Below are positions 18,529 to 25,519 of a stretch of DNA of 32,000 nucleotides, piece after piece. Each line of letters starts with the position of its first letter. The first letter of the stretch is position 1. The position numbers were made by a program, and so were the translations under genes. Below the pieces are notes generated by a model, which did no database searches, was not told where the DNA came from, and worked only from the letters and a program-made list of their open reading frames with translations. The stretch lies in the NCBI RefSeq assembly GCF_000009705.1, contig NC_003272.1, positions 6,360,001-6,392,000 of the forward strand, given 5' to 3'. The stretch comes from Nostoc sp. PCC 7120 = FACHB-418 (lineage in GTDB: Bacteria; Cyanobacteriota; Cyanobacteriia; Cyanobacteriales; Nostocaceae).

Positions 18529-19530
18529 CTATTTAACTAGCTTTTGAATATCGGTATTTTGCAACCAGTTTTTTGTTTGACTTAAGCCTTTTTCTAGGTC
18601 AACTTTTGGTTTATAGTCTAATAGTCTTTGGGCTTTAGCAATGGAATAGGCATGGGGACGAGTCATGAAATCCACTGATTCTGGCAGAATATCAGCTTTT
18701 TTGCGAAATAGTTTTTGTCCCTGATTTCGCAGTTTTAAAAACAACTTCATTTCATCTTTTGGGATAGACATGGGAGCAGATGCACCTTCCATTGCAGCTA
18801 GGCGCATGAAGTATTCCTTCCAAGAAGTTTCTTCGCCGTCGGTGATATTAAATATTTCACCATACGCATCTTTTGCTACTGCTAAAAAGATGGCATCAAT
18901 TAAGTTATCGATATAAACATGATTGATAACTCCTTGACCTTCGTTAGCATAAGCAAATAATTTTTGCCGCATCATCAATATTGGCCTGACTATCCAAGGA
19001 ATACTTCCCGGCCCGTAAATATCTCCAGCACGAATGATAATTAAGCCAAAATCGGGTGGAGAATTTAAGGGTAAAAGTTCGGTTTCAGCTTCGATTTTGG
19101 TTTGACAATAGGGATTGTTATCACTAGAAAGTGGGCCGGATTCGGTGATGCGATCGCTATAATTAAACCCATACACCATAACGCTGGAAAGATGCACAAA
19201 GCATTTCACACCAGCATTTTTGGCAGCCTTAGCCATATTGACTGCACCAGCCACATTAATTTCCCGAAAATCCTTGAGGGGGCCTGCTTCTTCGGACAAT
19301 TGCGCTGTATGTAGAACAACGTCTACTCCTTGACAGGCTTTTTGGGCGATCGCTGCATCAGTTATACTACCAACAATCACCTCAGCGCCTAATTTTTGTG
19401 CTTTATCTTTATTAGTAGAACTTTGCAGTCCACGCACTTTCATTCCCTGTGCTATCGCCAACTCAGCTGCACGCAAACCGATAAATTCATCAATTCCAGT
19501 AATCAGCAGAGTTTTATTTTGCAAATCCAT
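18529..19530 (-). CDS. hgdA: NAD-dependent epimerase/dehydratase (extended SDR); hgdA-like
   Basis: 333 aa. It has the N-terminal Rossmann motif LITGIDEFIG and the catalytic YxxxK (PYCQTKIEAE). It sits immediately downstream of the DevBC-type genes. The symbol is by synteny with the Anabaena PCC 7120 hgd genes, from memory. Confidence 0.75.
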   Translation of the reverse strand: MDLQNKTLLITGIDEFIGLRAAELAIAQGMKVRGLQSSTNKDKAQKLGAEVIVGSITDAAIAQKACQGVDVVLHTAQLSEEAGPLKDFREINVAGAVNMAKAAKNAGVKCFVHLSSVMVYGFNYSDRITESGPLSSDNNPYCQTKIEAETELLPLNSPPDFGLIIIRAGDIYGPGSIPWIVRPILMMRQKLFAYANEGQGVINHVYIDNLIDAIFLAVAKDAYGEIFNITDGEETSWKEYFMRLAAMEGASAPMSIPKDEMKLFLKLRNQGQKLFRKKADILPESVDFMTRPHAYSIAKAQRLLDYKPKVDLEKGLSQTKNWLQNTDIQKLVK

Positions 19531-19596
19531 AATACAGAGTTATTGTTTTACTAAAATTTCCATTCTCAACCCAGGAGAGAAATTACTCTCTACTCC

Positions 19597-20775
19597 CTAA
19601 AAAATATCAGCCGGGTCAGCAGAACGAAGTTTGTTAATAGCCAATGCGCCGGAAGTGATGCACATTAAGACTACTGATACAAAGACGATGAGAGCATTAT
19701 TTGCTGTCATCACAATTGGTAATTTAGTAGCTGTCATCGCAAAATCATATAAGCCTACTGCAAATAAAAATCCTGGGATGTAAGCTAATAATGCCAAGAT
19801 TAAAGCCTGCTGAAATACCACATTTAAGAGATAAATGTTAGGATAGCCAATAGCTTTTAAGGTGGCGTAAGCAATAAATTGGGTGGCAATATTACTGTAG
19901 AGAATTTGATAAACAATCACCACACCCACAACAGAAGCCATTGTTAGCATTATGTTCAAAATAAAACCAATTGGTGTTCTGACTGACCAATATTGTTTTT
20001 CAAAATCGATAAAGCCTTTACGAGTAAAAACTCTCACATCATTTGGTAAATTAGCTTCCAAATTAGCAACAATTTTCTCTTGATCAGCACCTGGTTTAAG
20101 AGTGATTGCACCAATATCAATTTTCTCTGCGGGGCGGGTATTAGGATTGATGCGGAGAAACGTGGAATCGCTGACAATTAAGTTACCATCAACGCCAAAA
20201 GAAGGGCCTAAACTGAATAGTCCGCCTACTCTAACTTTGTAGCCAATAGGCGCATCGAAGGGGAAAATTTCAATTGTCTGCTCTGTATCTCCTTTGTTAA
20301 AATTGGCAGCGATTGGGCCAAATTCTGGCCGGGAATCTCTGTCAAAAAGCATGACATCAGGGATTTTGAGCTTGTCTAAATTTTCTTCCACTTCTGGAAT
20401 ATTCATGACTGGCTGACCAGGGTCAAAACCAATTACATAAATTGAATATTTCTCTCCAGTTTCCGGATTTTTTAATTTTGCAAACTGCAAATACATGGGG
20501 CTAACTGATTCTACCCCATCGAACCCTAAAGCTTGATACAATCGAGTCCGAGAAAAACTTTGGCTTGCTGTCAAAGATTTATATTGTGAACTGACTAAGA
20601 ATAGGTCACCGCGTAAATTTTGATGGACTGCGGTAGCACTAGAGTAAAGCGCATCTTGGAAACCAAGTTGCACAAACATCAGTAAGACAATAAAAGCAAT
20701 GCCAGCTACAGCTATAAGAAAACGAATTTTCTGTTGGACTAGCTGTAGCCATGCTAAAGGAATTTTAAAATTCAT
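19597..20775 (-). CDS. hgdC: DevC-family ABC exporter permease (FtsX/MacB-like); hgdC-like
   Basis: 392 aa. It has an N-terminal TM helix, a large periplasmic domain and a C-terminal FtsX-type 3-TM bundle. It is paired with a DevB-type gene. Confidence 0.8.
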   Translation of the reverse strand: MNFKIPLAWLQLVQQKIRFLIAVAGIAFIVLLMFVQLGFQDALYSSATAVHQNLRGDLFLVSSQYKSLTASQSFSRTRLYQALGFDGVESVSPMYLQFAKLKNPETGEKYSIYVIGFDPGQPVMNIPEVEENLDKLKIPDVMLFDRDSRPEFGPIAANFNKGDTEQTIEIFPFDAPIGYKVRVGGLFSLGPSFGVDGNLIVSDSTFLRINPNTRPAEKIDIGAITLKPGADQEKIVANLEANLPNDVRVFTRKGFIDFEKQYWSVRTPIGFILNIMLTMASVVGVVIVYQILYSNIATQFIAYATLKAIGYPNIYLLNVVFQQALILALLAYIPGFLFAVGLYDFAMTATKLPIVMTANNALIVFVSVVLMCITSGALAINKLRSADPADIF

Positions 20776-20782
20776 ATTGATT

Positions 20783-20824
20783 TTGTCAGTTGACAGTTGA
20801 TAGTTGATAGTTGTCAGTTGACTA
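20783..20824. repeat. STRR-type heptamer array, 6 units (TTGTCAG TTGACAG TTGATAG x2 TTGTCAG TTGACTA)
   Basis: Read directly. It fills almost the entire 56-bp spacer between the hgdB stop and the hgdC start. Confidence 0.9.
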
Positions 20825-20831
20825 ATGACAA

Positions 20832-22031
20832 TTAAATTTGAATCGCTACATCAACTTGTAAGTTGGTCAAACGTCCTACCCGTTCGCTATCTGCGGGATT
20901 ATCAATGGAGACTTTAACCTCAATGATTCTCCGGTCGGTATCTGATCTGGGGTTGAGACTGAAAATGCTTTGCTTATCAACTTGCCAACCAATTTCTCTA
21001 ACAGTTCCTTGGAGTTTGCCAGAAAATGCTGTGCTGGTAATTGTTGCTTTTTGACCTACACGCACTTTTTGAATGTCAGTCTGATAAACTTCGGCAATTA
21101 CATACATCTGCGATGTTTTACCAATATCAGCAAATCCACTGCTGGGGATAACTTCGCCTGTTTTGGCATGAGTTTTTAAAATTCTGCCATCAATAGGAGC
21201 TTTAATGTAAGTTAACTCCTGGTCAGCTTTGGCTTGTTTAACTGCCGTTACAGCGCTTCTCACTTCCATTTGGGCTAAGTCTACATCTACAGCCCGTACT
21301 TCTTTGACACTGCTGAGTGTAGCTTTAGCTTCTTTGATTTGGTCAGCTAGGGTGTTTTGAGAGCGACTGAGGGAGGCTTTGGCTTCTGTGAGTTGTTGTT
21401 CGACAGTTTTCAATTGTAAAGCTTTACTATCGAATACAGATGCAGAAACAGCACCTTCTTTGAACAATTTTTGATAGCGATCGTTTTCGGTTTGGGCGTT
21501 GTTGAGTTCAGCTTTGATGCGATTGATTGTTGCTTGTTGGGTAGCAACTTCTCCTTTTAATTGTGACTCTAAACGAGCAACTGTCGCTTTTTGAGCATCA
21601 ATGTCTCCAGGTTTAGCACCTGCTTTTACTTGTGCAAGTTTGATTTTGGCAATTTGCAGTTTATCTAAGGCTTGTTCTAAGGCTGCGGTCGCACGGCTAT
21701 AGTCTTCCAGATATGCCAATACTTGTCCTGCTTGTACTTCGTCACCTTCTTTCACCAGCAGTCTATCTACACGGATACCGTTGGTGGAACTGGGAGCAGA
21801 TAAAGTAGTGATTTGACCCTGTGGTTGCAAGCGCCCTAAAGCGGTAACAGCAACTCTCACTGGTGCCGCTTTGGGAGTATTCGCGGGGGTCTTGACTGGT
21901 GCGGAAAATCTATTGGAGGACAAACTATAAAGGGATATTAGCCCAGCCGCCAAGGTGAGGGATGCTGCCAAAATCAACCGCCACCGACCTTGGGGTTTGA
22001 TAAATAATTGGCGTTCTTTATTTACTGCCAT
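20832..22031 (-). CDS. hgdB: DevB-family membrane fusion protein (HlyD-like); hgdB-like
   Basis: 399 aa. It has an N-terminal TM anchor, a biotinyl-lipoyl-like segment (VKEGDEVQAGQVLAYLE), a long coiled-coil hairpin and a beta-barrel C-terminus (VDVAIQI). Confidence 0.8.
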   Translation of the reverse strand: MAVNKERQLFIKPQGRWRLILAASLTLAAGLISLYSLSSNRFSAPVKTPANTPKAAPVRVAVTALGRLQPQGQITTLSAPSSTNGIRVDRLLVKEGDEVQAGQVLAYLEDYSRATAALEQALDKLQIAKIKLAQVKAGAKPGDIDAQKATVARLESQLKGEVATQQATINRIKAELNNAQTENDRYQKLFKEGAVSASVFDSKALQLKTVEQQLTEAKASLSRSQNTLADQIKEAKATLSSVKEVRAVDVDLAQMEVRSAVTAVKQAKADQELTYIKAPIDGRILKTHAKTGEVIPSSGFADIGKTSQMYVIAEVYQTDIQKVRVGQKATITSTAFSGKLQGTVREIGWQVDKQSIFSLNPRSDTDRRIIEVKVSIDNPADSERVGRLTNLQVDVAIQI

Positions 22032-22652
22032 ATTTTCATTCCATTTTCTAATTGTAATTATTGAGGAGATAGCCCAGATGGCTATATTGGTAAACTGCTA
22101 CTCATTGGCAATTCACCAAAGGCTCTTTTCTTAAATGGTTTTTTGAAAACAGGGTGTAGGAGTGTAGGGGTAAAACTTTTTCATGTTTGGTGGTGAGATT
22201 TTCTTGTGAGAGACTGTCTTGAAAATGCTGTTAATGTAGTGGCATTGCTGAGTAAAAATTCCAGTCCCTAATCCGGAGTAATTCTCCGCTCAAACTTTTT
22301 GCTGCGTTTACCTTCTCTGCGAGACGCTGTGTGAATGGGCTGGTCTGTATTTAAAAGTAAAGCGTTTGCGTCCTGAGAACAGAGAGGACACAACAAAGGT
22401 ATTTATGCTCTTTTGATCAGCGATCGCCTGTGAATATCTAGCAAAAGACTCTACTGTCAAGAATGGCGCTGATACTGGCTGATTGACCACTGTATTATCG
22501 ACGCATTATTCTTGCCCTAGCTGTGTAGTATAAGACATTCTCATGGATTCTGGGGGGAAAATCATCATTTCTAGATACTGATGAAACTTATTAGGTGTAT
22601 CTTAGTCGTAATTGCTTGGTGTGATAATTGACTGCACTGAAAAATAGTAACT

Positions 22653-23996
22653 ATGCCTACAGTACCCATAGACCAAATTAAAATCGGTCGCAACCGCCGT
22701 CCGGTCAAGGGTGAAAAAGTTGATGAATTGAAGGATTCAATCAAGACGAATGGTTTATTGAACCCCATTACAGTGGATCAACGCCTCACCTTGATTGCTG
22801 GACTACATCGGCTGACAGCTTGTAAGTTGTTGGGGCTAGAGGCCATTGAGTGCAATATTGTTAATTATGATGATGCTGACCAAGCCAGGTTAGCCGAAAT
22901 TGATGAGAATTTGATTCGCAATGAGTTAGAACCTTTAGAGCGTTCAGAGTTGTGGTTGGAACGTGACCAAATTCTAGCACGTATGGGACTGCGGGCGAAG
23001 GTTGGGGATAACCAACATACATTTAAAGGTAGTGAAATGATTTCACCACCTCCCAAGAGAACGATTGAGCTAGCAAAGGAAGCTGGTTACTCAGAACGCA
23101 CCTTTCAGCATGGTAAGCAAATTGCCAAAAGTATTCATCCGGAAGTCAAACAACTAATTAAGGGTACAGCCATTGCGGATAGTCCCACAGCGCTGTTACA
23201 GGTGGCGAGAGCAGGGACGCAGGAGCGGAATTTGGCTGAGGAAGCACAGCAGGCTTGGGAGTTAGCCCAGGCTAGGGGTGATCAAGAAGAGGCGGAACGA
23301 CAAGCAAAGTTAATCGAAGAGTTAAAGGTAAAGCAAAAAGCAGCGCAGTTATTGGCTTATAAAAGTGCGATCGCCCAAAAGGAAGCGAAGTTAGCAGCGA
23401 AGAAAACGCAACGCCAAGCAGAACCAGCCGCCAGTGAACCAATTACTCACACTGGGGATGAATGGATATTAGGCAGACATTTAGTGTATTGTGGCGATAC
23501 AGCCAAGGCGAAATTTCGTGATTTGTTGCCTTCAGATGCAGCGCTGGCGATCGCTACCCTCTCACCCACCTGGGAGCATAATTACTTGGTAGATGAAGCC
23601 AAAGTAGTGGCAGTTATCCGTTCGGAGGGGCATATTTATGAATTTTACAAGCGTAGTCAAATGCCCTTTCAATATGAATTATTACTAGGCAACCTTTATG
23701 TAGGAATTTTTTCTCATCAGGTAATAGCTAAACCGCAAACGCCAATTAATATTGAAGGTGTTGAAGGAATTGTTAACTATTTGATCAATTTGTACACCAA
23801 TCCCAATCATTTTGTGATTGCTCCATTTATAGGACATGGTGAGATTTTAGTTACTTGTGAAAGGATGGGAAGAATTTGTTTTATTGGCGACAGTAATGCA
23901 GAATTAGTTAGTCGGGGAATTGGCAGGTGGCAAAAATGGACTAGTAAAAAAGCTATAAAATCAGTTGCTAGTGAAACCAAAATTAAAAAAGCATAA
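22653..23996 (+). CDS. ParB/Srx N-terminal domain - HTH - coiled coil - divergent DNA methyltransferase-like C-terminal module
   Basis: 447 aa. The ParB-N pattern is IDQIKIGRNRRP...ELKDSIKTNGLLNPITV...LIAGLHRLTACKLLG. An HTH-like segment follows (TIELAKEAGYSERTFQHGKQIA), then a charged coiled coil (aa ~195-255). The C-terminus starts GDEWILGRHLVYCGDT....ATLSPTW (where ParB-MTase fusions have W.LG.HRL.CGD....TDPPY) and ends FVIAPFIGHGEILVTCERMGRICFIGDSNAELVSRGIGRWQKWTSKKA (where they have DPFxGSGTT...GR.c.giE....RW...TG..A). Confidence 0.7.
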   Translation: MPTVPIDQIKIGRNRRPVKGEKVDELKDSIKTNGLLNPITVDQRLTLIAGLHRLTACKLLGLEAIECNIVNYDDADQARLAEIDENLIRNELEPLERSELWLERDQILARMGLRAKVGDNQHTFKGSEMISPPPKRTIELAKEAGYSERTFQHGKQIAKSIHPEVKQLIKGTAIADSPTALLQVARAGTQERNLAEEAQQAWELAQARGDQEEAERQAKLIEELKVKQKAAQLLAYKSAIAQKEAKLAAKKTQRQAEPAASEPITHTGDEWILGRHLVYCGDTAKAKFRDLLPSDAALAIATLSPTWEHNYLVDEAKVVAVIRSEGHIYEFYKRSQMPFQYELLLGNLYVGIFSHQVIAKPQTPINIEGVEGIVNYLINLYTNPNHFVIAPFIGHGEILVTCERMGRICFIGDSNAELVSRGIGRWQKWTSKKAIKSVASETKIKKA

Positions 23997-24846
23997 TCAC
24001 TCATCCATACATCAAGATAGATGAAAATGAAAGCATTAATTTGGTATTGCCACAAGCTATTACGGATTAAAATTTATTCTGTAGCTTGTTTACCAAATAC
24101 TAATTTAGATAGATGCAATTTAGGTAATTCCTAACAAGCCTTTTATATGTTTATTCTGTACAATCAATAAAATCAATATTTGCTTGATAAATACTTATTC
24201 CTATTTATGGGTCATTTATATTAAAAAGCCCTCAAAAATCACATCTTAATTATGTCGTTATGCTGAAAAAGTAATCTATGGATTTAAGTCATTAAATTTA
24301 TTTATTGCCAGAATGATTACTGATGTGATGAATAGCTTAAATCCTCTGCGAAGCAAGATATAGTTAACCTTACTGCTTGGATCAAGCAAATTAACTGTTT
24401 GTATTTATTGGTTCTTAGTTATACTTTCTTACTATGTCTAAATTGTAATTTTCATCAACAAACCACTATTTTTTTTATAAAAATAATTTAAACAAATGAT
24501 TTAGTTTCTATGAACTGTGCTATTCTTTGTATTAATTCAACGTAAAAAAGCGGCAAGGCAAATTAGTTATTTAATCCCCCGTGTAACAGCAAAAACTAAA
24601 TCTAGTGAGCATGGCAGAAATAACTACTCAATTGAAAAATCTAAAGAATTTTCTTTTCCTTCTGCCTCCTGCTTACCGCCTCCTGCCTTCTCAGTACTGC
24701 ATCACCATCACCTTTTATATGCTTGATTATTCGTTTAAATAATGGTGTGAATTCGGATTCGAGGTGATGTTTCTTCTGTAACGAACTTGTCAACTTTTCT
24801 GGGTCAAATCCCATAACATATATTATCCTGGACGCTGAAACTGGCT

Positions 24847-25125
24847 ATGGCATTCATCAAGATACAGAACGTTGTCATTAATACCAGCTACGTGGCTGCG
24901 GTGAAGCTAGAAAATCAAACTAGTTTGGGAGAAAAAAGCGTTTCTGTCCTAATAGCTACTCCTCAGTTGCCATCGTTCCAGTGGGATACAATTGCTCAAA
25001 ATCTCTACCATTACGAATGGATCGAATTTACTGGTCAAGCAGCTACCGTTATCCAAGATTATTTTACCAGTTTCAACAACGTGATTGACCTATTGCCACA
25101 ATATCAAGAGTCAAGCGTTGGATAA
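24847..25125 (+). CDS. Small hypothetical protein (92 aa) upstream of hglE
   Basis: It is a clean ATG ORF with ordinary codon usage and non-repetitive sequence, and the only plausible ORF between 23997 and 25519. There is no SD and I recognise no family. Confidence 0.45.
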   Translation: MAFIKIQNVVINTSYVAAVKLENQTSLGEKSVSVLIATPQLPSFQWDTIAQNLYHYEWIEFTGQAATVIQDYFTSFNNVIDLLPQYQESSVG

Positions 25126-25140
25126 CATTCTTTTGATTAT

Positions 25141-25214
25141 GGGTATAGGGGTATAAATCAGTTAACAGTTAACAGTTAACAGTTAACAGTTAAAACCCTC
25201 AGATCCCTATACCC
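25141..25214. repeat. STRR array (5 x CAGTTAA, 25159-25193) clamped by a perfect 10-bp inverted repeat GGGTATAGGG / CCCTATACCC
   Basis: Read directly: 25141-25150 is the exact reverse complement of 25205-25214. Confidence 0.9.
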
Positions 25215-25362
25215 TCCAAATTAACAGGGTTGAATGACCAGTATGTATAGTGTGGTGTTTCAAAAAAGCATTTAGCCTGACCTACAGCAATAGCAATTCG
25301 CAAAAATTCAGTCATAAATTCAAACTCAAAAACCTGAGAGAAGATTGGTTTTTAAATTCTAA

Positions 25363-25395
25363 ATTTTGAATTTTGAATTTTGAATTTTGAATTGA
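25363..25395. repeat. Tandem heptamers ATTTTGA x4 plus a partial unit
   Basis: Read directly, about 125 nt upstream of the first hglE ATG. Confidence 0.85.
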
Positions 25396-25519
25396 TACAC
25401 GCTGTGCCAACGCACATAGGATAGCTAGTTGCTAACAAGAACGAATCACTTATTTTAACTGAGCAACAGAAATTACTGTAGCTGCAAATTCCACAGTACT
25501 CCAGAACAGTATATGTCCT

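Noticed and set aside
22272-22277. TCCGGA (the DIF1 heterocyst-promoter -35 motif reported for Anabaena) in the hgdB / ParB-like divergent spacer
   Set aside because: A palindromic hexamer is expected several times per 32 kb by chance, and a second copy lies inside a CDS at ~23137. I could not find a convincing -10 (TAnnnT) at 16-18 nt spacing on either strand. It is worth checking against TSS data only.
22308-22768. 60-aa and 65-aa minus-strand ORFs in and near the hgdB upstream spacer
   Set aside because: They have no SD and no family resemblance, and one overlaps the ParB-like start. They are likely non-coding leader or promoter DNA.
24517-24726. 69-aa plus-strand ORF in the AT-rich region
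   Set aside because: It has a non-ATG start and a low-complexity product (SFPSASCLPPPAFSVLHHHH) generated by the pyrimidine mirror repeat, so it is not credible as a protein.
13731-25395. Tandem short-repeat arrays as possible CRISPR arrays
   Set aside because: The units are 7-8 nt, directly abutting with no spacers, and no cas genes are present. They are STRR-type microsatellite-like repeats.
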